Shown piece by piece: positions 29,709 through 39,710 of a stretch of DNA of 64,000 nt. The notes under the pieces are model-generated. The model saw only the letters and a program-made list of their open reading frames with translations, searched no databases and was not told the origin of the DNA. A program made the translations under genes and the position numbers. Origin of the DNA: Fibrobacteria bacterium. Its GTDB lineage: Bacteria; Fibrobacterota; Fibrobacteria; UBA11236. Where the stretch lies: positions 96,001-160,000 of the forward strand of contig JAYTHY010000046.1 in the NCBI GenBank assembly GCA_043732185.1, read 5' to 3'. Positions within the stretch are counted from its first letter, which is position 1; the number at the start of each line of letters is the position of its first letter.

Positions 29709-32700
29709 TTAAAATAGTGGCCCTAAATCCCACGATACTGCATACGAAATTAACTCGACTTCGGTTGCCATTATAATACTGGCCGTTGCTGTAAGTGTTG
29801 GCGCTGCAATGGTAGGCAAGCTAAACTCCCAATCAGGATAACAAAGCTTTCCTTTTGCAAAAACTAGCGATAGAGCACCTTCAGTTTGCAACTTGATGAG
29901 ATCACACGTCCCAATAACGCACCCTGCAGCTTGAATAGCAACCGTTCCGCTCCCAGATATATCCCCACACACTCTGTCACTATTACACCCTGTCGTTAAG
30001 TTCCCGCTTCCAGTCCCTGTGACTTCCAAAGCAACGGAAAATGAAACTTGAATTTCTGCCCCCAAATTAGGAACGTAGTAACTGTATGAAGGAGTATTGC
30101 ATCCAGCTATTTTTCCAGAAAGCGAGCCGCCTATACCGACAACTTCCTTGTCTTCACAATTGCATGCTTGGTGACTCTTTGTACCAAAAAGACTCCATCT
30201 AATAGTTGGAGAGCAAGCCTTGGTTGCCTCAATATTTTTCAAATAGTTGTTCAATGCGTTTTTATCCCAGCCCAAACCACTTACAGTTTCAGAAAAATCT
30301 GGATTGATTATGCCAACACTGGTAGAAGCACTAGTTGTACCTGCCTTTATCGTGACGATACCTGTACCTTTTCCGCCTGCTAGAGAAGGGACGACCCCAT
30401 CGAAATTGACAGCAGGAGAAAGTTCAAATCCCGCTGGATTTGTAGTTATCTTAAATTTGGATTTCTCTAGAGCTTCACCGGCCTGAAAATATTTGCAAGT
30501 TGTAGAAACCGACGATACTCCAACACAAATACCAAAACTCGACTTTTCAGCCACTCCTCCACCGTTACAATTCCAGGTGGCCTTATTGTAGAATGTTCCT
30601 GGAGTAGTGCATGTAACATCATCAAAATGCAAATGGTTAGAATTGCCTGCAGGTTGACTCCAAGACAAGCTTCCGTTTTCTGGATTAGTCGTCGCATTAT
30701 AGCGAATTTCCTCACCCATCCCAACAATAGGATTTTCAACCGAAACATTTACTTCACATTGCGAACAAGTACCCGTCGGATTCCCCGGCCCACCGCAATG
30801 CCAGCCACCCTTCACAATCCCAAAGCCCTTATCCGAGGTCATCGTTGCCCCATCCTCGCTCACAGTTCCAGTTCCGATGCTCACATAGGTCCCTAAATCA
30901 TGATCAAAAGAATAAAAATGCGTTTGCTCCCCAGGCTTCAGTCCGTTTACATTAGGAAAAGTTATTGGCGCAGGTGGGTCAAATTTAACCTGAGGAGGCC
31001 CAATCGAAACAATAAACCTCGGCTGCATTCCCTCTCCAGGAGGCATGGGAATTTTATCGGCATGCACAGCCGTGACCGTAATGGTATGGTCATCCAGATC
31101 CGGAGGGAAGGTGGCCGACCCTGCGGGTATTTTTAAAGAAAAGCCTGGGATCTCTGAAAGTGTTATAATCTGCTCCGTCGATGCGCTCGGAACCTTACCT
31201 TCTGCATTGTTTCTAGCTACCAGATACATCGGCATCCCGATATCATTATTCTTGCCGCTGATAGCATTCACCTCAAACATCAAGGTCACCCAATCGCCGG
31301 GCTGCGTGGCCGTTGTTCCATCGACATGCAGATGCAGATTGCCTACGGGGGTGTTGGAAAGTTGATATTGCCCTGCACTATTGGTTGTAGTCTGTTGCCC
31401 ATTTTCTTCGATACGTACCGTTACGCCTTGTAGAGGCTGATTGCTATTGTCCAGGATGACACCGCTTACCTTTGTTTCTGAAGGCGGGCCTGGAATATAT
31501 CCGGAAAGCACGAAAATGGCCGGCTGACTGGGATTGCCTGCGAAGGAAGCTTCCACAAGGTTATTATCCCGTCCCTCTTGTAATCCTAAAGTGAAAGAAG
31601 CCACTGCGCGCCCATCTTCTCCCGTTATGGCGGAGTCCAAATTCTGCCCTTGGAAATGGCCGCCGCCTGTTTTGACTTTGAATTCAACCATCATGCCGGG
31701 AATTGGATTACTGGCGCTATCGGTAACAATGGCGACAAGTGGATGTGGGGCTCCGTTTCCAGCCAAGCCCCGTTGCATATCACCGGAGGCGGTCAAAATG
31801 CGTTGCGCCAATTGAGTTTTTGCATTCGCATGGAAAACGACAGCGCCAGCAAAGCCCTCGGCCACAGCTGTAACCTCATTGGCTCCAGGTCCTGCGCGCT
31901 TGCCTAGCACAAACGGAACCGATGCCAATCCATCAGCATCCGTAGTTACCCGCAATGTTCGAGCATTTCCCGTAAAAGAGCCATCCCCCACGCTAACGTG
32001 GAACAGGACAATCTGCCCGGCGACTGGTTGATTCAAGGAGTTTTTGATTGAAACAACGAGTTGCTGAGGGAGAAGCGCGAAAATAGTGCCGCTTTGATTG
32101 TTACCAGAAAACAGGGTCAGAGAGGGAGCTACAGAAACGTCAAGCGTTACATGCGATACGGCACTTTCCACATTCCCGGCCCGGTCAGTTGCTACGGCTG
32201 TAATCGTATTCATGCCGGAGGACAAAGGAAGCACGACGGAAAAAGTATTGTTAACTACTACAGCCTCGATGCCATTCACCTTGACCGAGGGCATGCTTTG
32301 GCCTTGGACATCGGCAATTCGATCCGAAACGCTTCCTGAAACCGTGACCGAATGCTCTCGCATCACCAAGCTATCTGCTGGCGAGGTAATGTAGATTCGT
32401 GGTTTTTCCCGATCTAAAGTAACCGTGAGCGTGGCGGAAACTTGATTCCCGTCTTGGTTAGTCGCCGTGGCCATCAGCGTGTTCCGACCATCAACCAATG
32501 GAACCAACGTCTCAAAATGATTTCCAGAAATGGCCGTGGGAATGCCATCAATACGAAGATTGGTCAAGACACCGTTGGTTTCCCCCGCAACAAGAATATC
32601 GGCAGTTCTAACCGTACTTAAGTTGGCTGGAGAAGTTATGATAAGGGCTTGGGGTGGCAAGGTACAGGTAAAGTCCGACAAAAGGGTTGCCGTATTCCCA

Positions 32701-34619
32701 ATGGCATCCTGCACACTACTCGAAATATGATGTTCACCTTCACTCAAAGAAAGCACAGCCACAGCCGAGTCCGCGGAATGGATAAGGTTGGTGGTAATAT
32801 TTATTCCGTCCAAAAGCACTTGCAGCGTGGCTTGGGCTATAGGTGATAGGGAATCGCTAAAGATTATTTTTAGCGGGACTGAGAGATCGGCCAGTACTTG
32901 GTGGTTAACGGGATTAACTGAGATTCTAGGAGGGATGGTATCCAAGGTCACAACAACCTCAGCTTTACCCAGATTTCCAGCTGCATCGGTTGTATCGACC
33001 TTTAACACATTCGCTCCCGGTGCCAGAGAGAATGTTTTTGATCGCGCTGCGGAGTCTACTGTATAGTGCACCGTGATGGTGCTTGCGGATACAACTGTGT
33101 CTCGCCCCGGGCTCGATATAACCACTACGGGAGGATGAGAATCGCGGTTAATGGTGATCGAGGCCGATCCCGAATTTCCTCCTAAGTCCGTAAAGGAGCG
33201 CGTTACCACGTTGGGACCTTCGGTCAGGACTTCAAAGAGTTGATTGGATTGATCAAGTCCATCCACAGTCCAAGCGATTTCAGATGCCGGTTCTTTAGTA
33301 AATGATCCATTTAGCGGACTTGTGATGGCAACTATAGGTGCCCGGGTGTCCAATGTGACTTTGGCAGTATCTGCACCACGGTTCCCGGCCGCATCCGTGG
33401 AATCCACCACTAGGAGATTTAATCCTTCTACCAAGGTAAAAGTCTTATTAAATCCGGTAACGCCATCGACTTGATAGCTTATTGCAAAAGTTGAATTACC
33501 AACGACCGTGTCGCGACCTGGGCTGGATAGGACTACTACGGGTGCATGTGAATCGCGATTAATGGTAATCGAGGCTGTGCCTAAATTCCCTGCTAAATCT
33601 GTAATGGAGCGCGTCACCACATTGGGACCTTCGACCAGAACTTCACTGCGTTGGCTAGATTGATCAATTCCATCCACAGTCCAAGTGATTTCAGATGCTG
33701 GTTCTTTAGTAAACGACCCATTTAATGGACTTGTAATGGCAACTATAGGCGCCTGGGTGTCCAATGTGACTTTGGCAGTATCTGCAGACCTACGACCAAA
33801 AATATCCACGGAATCGATGATTACCCGATTTACTCCCTCGACCAATTCCACCTGCCGATTGAAGGCCAGCCCATTCACTGTGTATCCTACGGAGAAGGGA
33901 GTCTTGTTTACCAAGGTATCACGAGATGGGGACGTAATAATCAGTGAGACTGGAGGGGGTGGAGGTTGTTCGGCACCCATCCATTGGATGTCATCAAGGT
34001 ATACCTGACCTGAAGCATCGGCTGCTTTAAGCATTAAGCGTCGAATGGTTCCGCTTCCTCTCATATGACCCTGTTTTACAACAGTGACTTCACTGGTACG
34101 GTTTGGCGATCGATCCGCAAAAACCTGATATACCCCGCTGGAAATATTTCCGACGAGGCGCATATAAATCCATTGCCCAGTAACGTTGGAAAGACTTCCT
34201 ACTTGATTGGCGCAAACTCCAACGCGAAATGCCGCCTTGTGATCGACATTACCAACTAAACTGTCAGAAGGGCCAAAACAAAGATTGGAATTGGAATTCA
34301 ACCTGAACCAGCGCCATCTAATTTCAAAGGCTCCTGTTAATATCTGCATGGGACGGAAATACTCCGTACTTCCAGTGACTACACAGCTTAAATACTGATT
34401 GCCGCCACTTGCCTGAATCCTGAATTAATGGGCATTTGCTTGCCCGCATGAAGCCTGAAATTTCCATCCATCTTGACCATCAAGGATTTGGCCGCTTAAA
34501 TATTTCGGTGAAGCAAAATCAAGAGTGTCTGCCCAAACGAACGGTTGGCCAAGATACACTACCAACATCAAAAAGGCTTTAAAGACGCTCAAATTGAAAC
34601 GAGGGAACAAATGGATCAT
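29709..34619 (-). pseudogene. Giant secreted Ig-repeat/Big_1/carboxypeptidase-regulatory/ZU5-like protein with a Cys-rich C-terminal domain, interrupted by one in-frame TAA
   Basis: ORFs 34425..34619 (signal peptide) and 29709..34349 share a frame and are separated only by TAA at 34425-34427 (...QANAH*FRIQASGGNQYL...RPMQILTG). Confidence 0.75.
32930..33950 (-). repeat. Intragenic tandem repeat, ~2.5 copies of a 411-bp (137-aa, two Ig-like domains) unit
   Basis: CAATGTGACTTTGGCAGTATCTGCA occurs at 33351 and 33762; ADTAKVTLDT.APIVAITSPLNGSFTKEPASEI.WTVDG occurs twice. Confidence 0.85.
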
Positions 34620-34780
34620 GCATAGAGCTTAGATAAATCGGAACGTTTTACACATCCCGCACGCCATTTTATTCAAAAATCCATCGACCAAGGCTCATTA
34701 ATTAATTATTTTTCTGCCCTAAAATTTGGCAAATCTCTCTAAAAGCGCACACATAAAACTCTTTGGTAGCAGGATCATAA

Positions 34781-35746
34781 ATGAAATTCAAACGCACCCT
34801 TCCAACCGCCCTCCTCACCTTCTCCACTGCAATTCTTAGCCTAGTCACAGGCTGTTCCACCATTGGAAAAGTGGGCCCGGCAGAAGACCTAGTCGTCCAA
34901 GCCACACCGGAAAGAATCGAACGCGGTAAATACTTGGCGCATCATGTTTCCCTTTGCATTGATTGCCACTCGACGCGGGACTGGACTTATTTTTCCGGCC
35001 CACCAAAAGATGGAACCTGGGGCAAAGGCGGAGAAGTGTTCGATCAGAAATTTGGATTTCCCGGCAGTTTCATCTCACGCAATATTACCCCAGCTGGCGT
35101 AGGTACCTGGTCGGATGGCGAATTGTTCCGGGCCATTACCGGAGGCGTGAGTCGAAACAACAAGCCGCTGTTTCCCATCATGCAATACAAGGCATTCGGT
35201 CAAGGCGATAGGGAGGATATTTATTCTATTATCGCCTATGTGCGTTCGTTGCCGGCCATTGAAAATAAAGTACCGGCTTCCAAGGCGGATTTTCCGGTTA
35301 GTTTGCTGATGAAGACAATGCCACAAAAACCTCATTTCACCACTATGCCGGAGAAGTCAAACAAGGTCGCTTATGGAAAATACCTGGTGACGATGGCTGC
35401 TTGCATTGAATGCCATACGGAAGCCAAACGAGGCAAGCGCGTGGGTCCGGAATTTGCCGGAGGGTTCAAGTTTACCATGGCGAATTTTACCGTGTACTCC
35501 AAAAATATCACGCCTGATTCCGCTACCGGTATCGGCGCGTGGAGCGAACAACAATTCATCAACCGCTTTAAGACGTATGCCGATCCGGCCTACTCCCCCA
35601 AGCCGCTTGCCAAGGGCGACAATCAAACGATCATGCCATGGGTCATGTTCAGCGGAATGACCACGGAAGACTTGTCCGCCATCTATACTTATTTAAGAAC
35701 AGTTGCCCCAGTGAAACGGGTTCCGCCAGCTCCGGTTTTTAACTAG
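34781..35746 (+). CDS. Diheme c-type cytochrome lipoprotein
   Basis: Lipobox LVTGC, two CxxCH motifs (CIDCH, CIECH), repeated NITP...G.G.WS and distal Met motifs. Confidence 0.9.
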   Translation: MKFKRTLPTALLTFSTAILSLVTGCSTIGKVGPAEDLVVQATPERIERGKYLAHHVSLCIDCHSTRDWTYFSGPPKDGTWGKGGEVFDQKFGFPGSFISRNITPAGVGTWSDGELFRAITGGVSRNNKPLFPIMQYKAFGQGDREDIYSIIAYVRSLPAIENKVPASKADFPVSLLMKTMPQKPHFTTMPEKSNKVAYGKYLVTMAACIECHTEAKRGKRVGPEFAGGFKFTMANFTVYSKNITPDSATGIGAWSEQQFINRFKTYADPAYSPKPLAKGDNQTIMPWVMFSGMTTEDLSAIYTYLRTVAPVKRVPPAPVFN

Positions 35747-35760
35747 ACCGGATTAGGCGC

Positions 35761-35788
35761 AAAATCAGGGCTCAAGTCTGTTGAGCCC
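35761..35788 (-). terminator. Probable terminator hairpin between convergent genes
   Basis: GGGCTCAA-N5-TTGAGCCC, followed by TGATTTT on the minus strand. Confidence 0.55.
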
Positions 35789-35795
35789 CCTCCCC

Positions 35796-36614
35796 CTAGT
35801 GTAAACGACCTGGAATGGCGTCCAGCAGGGTTCGTGTATAGGCGTGCGCGGGATTCCGGTATAGCTCTTCGGTATCGGCCAGCTCCACAATTTGTCCATT
35901 ATTCATTACAGCCACTTTCTGGGCGATATGTTTGACCACGCGCAGGTCATGGGAAATAAAGAGATAGCTCAAGCCTAGTTGTGCTTGGAGATCCATCAAT
36001 AGGTTCAGTATTTGAGCCTGGATGGATACGTCCAAGGATGAAACAGGCTCGTCACACACCAGAAATTCTGGTTCAACACAAAGCGCACGGGCGATGCCGA
36101 TGCGCTGTCTTTGGCCACCTGAAAACTCATGTGGGTAACGGTTAAGGTACGTTGGATCAAGTCCCACCAACCGCATTTTGGTCGCCAGTATGTCTTCCCA
36201 GGTTGAAACCTCCTGGGGATGTCCCAGCCCCAAAGCCTCCTTTAGGCTACCGCGTATAGACAACCTGGGGTCCAGAGAGGAATAGGGATCCTGGAAAATC
36301 ATCTGCACTCTTTTTCGGTAGGGCCGGAATTGTTTCTCGTCCAATCGGTTGAGATCCACGCCATCAAAGGAGATACGGCCGCCCTTTGGTTTGAGCAAAC
36401 GCACAATGGCGCGGCCCACGGTGGTTTTACCGCTTCCGCTCTCCCCCACCAAGCCTAAGGTTGCATGTTTTGGGATACTGAAAGAAACTGCACGAACGGC
36501 TTGCACTCTATCCCGTCCGCTTCCAAATTCAACACTAAGTTCCGATACGTTCAGCAAAGGAGTTTCCGTGGGTTGGGATGCAGCCAATCTGGAATCCGTA
36601 TTTTGCGCCATCAT
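35796..36614 (-). CDS. Oligopeptide/dipeptide ABC transporter ATP-binding protein (OppF/DppF-like)
   Basis: GESGSGKT, IFQDPYSSLDPR, YPHEFSGGQRQR and DEPVSSLDVSIQAQ. Confidence 0.92.
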   Translation of the reverse strand: MMAQNTDSRLAASQPTETPLLNVSELSVEFGSGRDRVQAVRAVSFSIPKHATLGLVGESGSGKTTVGRAIVRLLKPKGGRISFDGVDLNRLDEKQFRPYRKRVQMIFQDPYSSLDPRLSIRGSLKEALGLGHPQEVSTWEDILATKMRLVGLDPTYLNRYPHEFSGGQRQRIGIARALCVEPEFLVCDEPVSSLDVSIQAQILNLLMDLQAQLGLSYLFISHDLRVVKHIAQKVAVMNNGQIVELADTEELYRNPAHAYTRTLLDAIPGRLH

Positions 36615-36617
36615 TTC

Positions 36618-37619
36618 TCAAATCATCCTATGCGTGTTCAACAATTCCTCACGCCTTAGGCATGCGGATCGTTGCGTAACTGGACCGACCAAATCCGGCA
36701 CTTGCAGGGAGCAGTCCGATACAGCCATGAAACAGCGTGGATTAAAACGACAACCTGGAACAGCGTCCGTGGGTTTGGGCACCATGCCTTCAATGGCAGC
36801 CAGCCGCGACACCTTTGTATCTAAAGAGGGAATGGATTTGAGCAGACCCAAGGAGTAGGGATGAGAAGGCCGCTGTAAAATTTGAGAAGCACTGCCCCGC
36901 TCCACCACGCGTCCCGCGTACATGACCACCAAATCCTGAACCATATCCTGAACGATTCCGAGATCATGCGTGATCAAAATCAACGCCATCCCGTAGCTTT
37001 TCTGAAGGTCGCGGATCAGCCGAAGAATTTGCGCCTGAATGGTGACATCCAATGCAGTAGTGGGCTCATCGGCGATAAGCAATTTGGGCCGACAGGACAA
37101 GGCCATGGCAATCATAACACGTTGTCGCATGCCTCCGGAAAGTTCAAAGGGATAGGCTAGGCTGCGTCGATCGGGATTGGGTATGCCCATTTGTTCAAGC
37201 AGAGAAATGGATTCCATTTTTGCTGCATGCCGACCTTTGCCTTGGTGGAAACGGATGACTTCGGCAATTTGCTCCCCGCAGCGCATCAGCGGATTGAGAC
37301 TGGTCATAGGATCCTGGAAAATCATGGCGACTTCCCGGCCCCGCAAGGCCCGCCAATCGCGAGGCGGCAAGCTCAAGAGATCTTTTCCATTGAATAGAAA
37401 TTTATCTGCGGTAACTCTGGCGCTACGTTTGGGCAATAGCCCCATTATCGCCAGGGAAGTCACGGATTTTCCGCTGCCGGACTCGCCGACAATGCCAAGC
37501 GTCGCGCCGGCCTCCAAGTTCAAATCGATGCCCGTAGTTACCGGAACAAAATCCTGTGCCGCATCCCCCATGCGAAAGGCAACGGTCAGATTTTTTACTT
37601 CAAGCATCTGTGCGTTCAC
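36618..37619 (-). CDS. Oligopeptide/dipeptide ABC transporter ATP-binding protein (OppD/DppD-like)
   Basis: [34 protein letters not shown] and the Cys-rich GCRFNPRC tail. Confidence 0.92.
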   Translation of the reverse strand: MNAQMLEVKNLTVAFRMGDAAQDFVPVTTGIDLNLEAGATLGIVGESGSGKSVTSLAIMGLLPKRSARVTADKFLFNGKDLLSLPPRDWRALRGREVAMIFQDPMTSLNPLMRCGEQIAEVIRFHQGKGRHAAKMESISLLEQMGIPNPDRRSLAYPFELSGGMRQRVMIAMALSCRPKLLIADEPTTALDVTIQAQILRLIRDLQKSYGMALILITHDLGIVQDMVQDLVVMYAGRVVERGSASQILQRPSHPYSLGLLKSIPSLDTKVSRLAAIEGMVPKPTDAVPGCRFNPRCFMAVSDCSLQVPDLVGPVTQRSACLRREELLNTHRMI

Positions 37620-38442
37620 CTGTCACTGGCATGTTACCATACCATTCTGGCATGGATTTGGAAACCCGTTCCGCTTCGGACGCAGTCAACGGTGCGCGCT
37701 CCATCACAATTCCCAAAGCCGCCGCAAATCTATCTGAAAATCCCTCCGCAACACTTTCCCAGCGGATGGGCTTATTCAACACTTCTTCCAAACTTACCGC
37801 ATTGCGATCCAGAATCTCCAAATAACCCCTGCGTCGCTGGGCATCCAATCGCAGGCATTCGACAATAGTGCGATGCTGGCTGGAAACCAAAATGGACCCG
37901 TGTTGCAAAAAGGCATTTCGTAGGCGACGCTGGGCGGAACCAACTACCTTCCTATTCCCGTAAACGACTTCAGCACGCGCTGTGGAAGAAAAGCATGGTG
38001 TCATGGCCCGCAGGTCCAAAGGTTTTTCCACCGGGTAGCCCCTGTCCAAGGTGATGCCCAAGCCGTTGGTGGACAAGGCCACGGCAATAGCTTGAGAGAT
38101 GGCCCGATAAGAGGATTCCTGCGTCTTGGCCCAGTCCGCGGACTCGGCGCGAGCCAGCAGAGAATAGGTCAACTCACCAATATGTAATACTGCGCGGCCG
38201 CCTGTGGGCCTCATTACAATATCGTATCCAAGCTCACGCACGCGATCGAGATTTAATTCCCGCTCAGGATTTTGCGAATGACCCAAACTGATGCAGGGTT
38301 TGCTCCAACCGTAGAGTCGAAAAGTTGGAGGAGAATGACCGGCGTCCACTTCGGCTAGAATGGCTTCATCCACAGCCATGTTTACGGCACCGGAATGGGC
38401 AGCAACGGATTTCAAATCCATTTCCAAAAGTCGCCAGATCAT
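37600..38442 (-). CDS. Lipoate-protein ligase A / octanoyltransferase LipM family protein
   Basis: NMAVDEA, RPTGGRAVLH, KVVGSAQ and QHGS motifs; lies in the fab/acp operon. Confidence 0.88.
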   Translation of the reverse strand: MIWRLLEMDLKSVAAHSGAVNMAVDEAILAEVDAGHSPPTFRLYGWSKPCISLGHSQNPERELNLDRVRELGYDIVMRPTGGRAVLHIGELTYSLLARAESADWAKTQESSYRAISQAIAVALSTNGLGITLDRGYPVEKPLDLRAMTPCFSSTARAEVVYGNRKVVGSAQRRLRNAFLQHGSILVSSQHRTIVECLRLDAQRRRGYLEILDRNAVSLEEVLNKPIRWESVAEGFSDRFAAALGIVMERAPLTASEAERVSKSMPEWYGNMPVTGERTDA

Positions 38443-38467
38443 GACTGCAGTTTAGGGCCATGCCCTC

Positions 38468-39286
38468 TCAAAGCGGACCGGTGGATTTCTTATCATTCCG
38501 TCCACGGGAACCCGAACCGATATCCCCGGTTCCCCGCTCTTTTTCACCCGTCATGTTGGCCAAAGCTATCCGGGCACCGGCCTGTTCAGCACTTTTCTTG
38601 GTGTTGCCGCGACCCTGGCCCCATTCCTTGCCCTGAACAAAAACTCCGATCACAAAACTCTTTTGATGCTCGGGGCCTGATTCTTCAACAACCTCATAGG
38701 CGGGAATGCCCGAACCCAGAGATTGGGTATACTCCAGCAATTTGCTTTTGTAGTTGGCCAACTCCTCATCGTCCAAGACACTATCCATAATGGTCATCAG
38801 TGAGCCGTGGATGAGTTTGCGCGCCGCTTCCAAGCCCCCATCCAAATAGACCGCTCCCACAATGGCTTCATAGGCATCGGCTAAAATACTGAGCCGATTG
38901 CGTCCACCGGATTTCTCTTCCGAACGGCTCAATAGAATAAAGTCTCCCAAATGCCATTTGTCCGCGCACAGGCCCAACACCTTGGAACTGACCACCAAGG
39001 ATTTCATTTTGGACATCCGGCCTTCTTCGCGATCCGGGTATTCATGAAAGAGGAAATCGGTGACAACGACATTCAACACGGAATCGCCGAGAAATTCTAA
39101 GCGTTCGTTGGACTCTGATTTGGTTTTGATTTCCGAATTCTGGCTATTGACGTAGGACCGATGGGACAACGCCAACACCAGTAGAGCATGGTTTTGGAAT
39201 CGGTATCCCAAAACCCGTTCCAACTCCGTATGCGAGGGCTTGGAGGGCGCCCGCTTAAAGAGTTTGACTAAAAAATCAAGGAACAT
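38468..39286 (-). CDS. rnc: Ribonuclease III
   Basis: NERLEFLGDSVL signature, ADAYEAIVGAVYLDGG and a dsRBD (NYKSKLLE...KKSAEQ). Confidence 0.96.
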   Translation of the reverse strand: MFLDFLVKLFKRAPSKPSHTELERVLGYRFQNHALLVLALSHRSYVNSQNSEIKTKSESNERLEFLGDSVLNVVVTDFLFHEYPDREEGRMSKMKSLVVSSKVLGLCADKWHLGDFILLSRSEEKSGGRNRLSILADAYEAIVGAVYLDGGLEAARKLIHGSLMTIMDSVLDDEELANYKSKLLEYTQSLGSGIPAYEVVEESGPEHQKSFVIGVFVQGKEWGQGRGNTKKSAEQAGARIALANMTGEKERGTGDIGSGSRGRNDKKSTGPL

Positions 39287-39334
39287 CAGGATACCAAGGC
39301 ACTTTCAAATGCAAATGGTGCCTTCATCCTGATG
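39284..39334 (-). promoter_or_regulatory. Long mRNA hairpin between acpP and rnc that pairs with the rnc start codon
   Basis: mRNA reads CAUCAGGAU-G-AAGGCAC-N15-GUGCCUU-GGU-AUCCUGAUG: a 9-bp plus 7-bp stem whose final AUG is the rnc start. Confidence 0.7.
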
Positions 39335-39344
39335 GTGGTAGGAG

Positions 39345-39581
39345 TTAGGCTTTAGAGTTTACGTAAGCGATAACGTCGCTTACCTTCTTCAGCTTTTCTG
39401 CTTCTTCATCTGGGATCTCGATGTCGAATTCATCTTCCAGGGCCATGACCAGCTCGACCTGATCCAAGGAGTCGGCGCCTAGGTCATCGATAAAGGCCGC
39501 TTCGGGCTTTACCTGTTCCTCGGTTACACCGAGCTTTTCGACGATGACTTTAGTGATTTTCTGATTGATTTCCGATGACAT
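39345..39581 (-). CDS. acpP: Acyl carrier protein
   Basis: [29 protein letters not shown]. Confidence 0.97.
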   Translation of the reverse strand: MSSEINQKITKVIVEKLGVTEEQVKPEAAFIDDLGADSLDQVELVMALEDEFDIEIPDEEAEKLKKVSDVIAYVNSKA

Positions 39582-39710
39582 TCAAATCTCCTTAGAAAGG
39601 TTGGCTAAATATAACTAATACCGGTCAATTAGACCGTTTTTTCCCCATTATGAACTCAAAACGAATTGAAATTGGTGTTTTTGTGGGTACATCAAGGCCA
39701 TGGACAAAGT

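Noticed and set aside
34425..34427. Recoding (selenocysteine, pyrrolysine or alternative genetic code) of the in-frame stop
   Set aside because: The codon is TAA, and TAA, TAG and TGA all terminate ordinary genes in this window.
21518..35795. Accessory locus as an integrative mobile element or prophage
   Set aside because: No integrase, transposase, phage gene, tRNA target or flanking direct repeat was found by eye.
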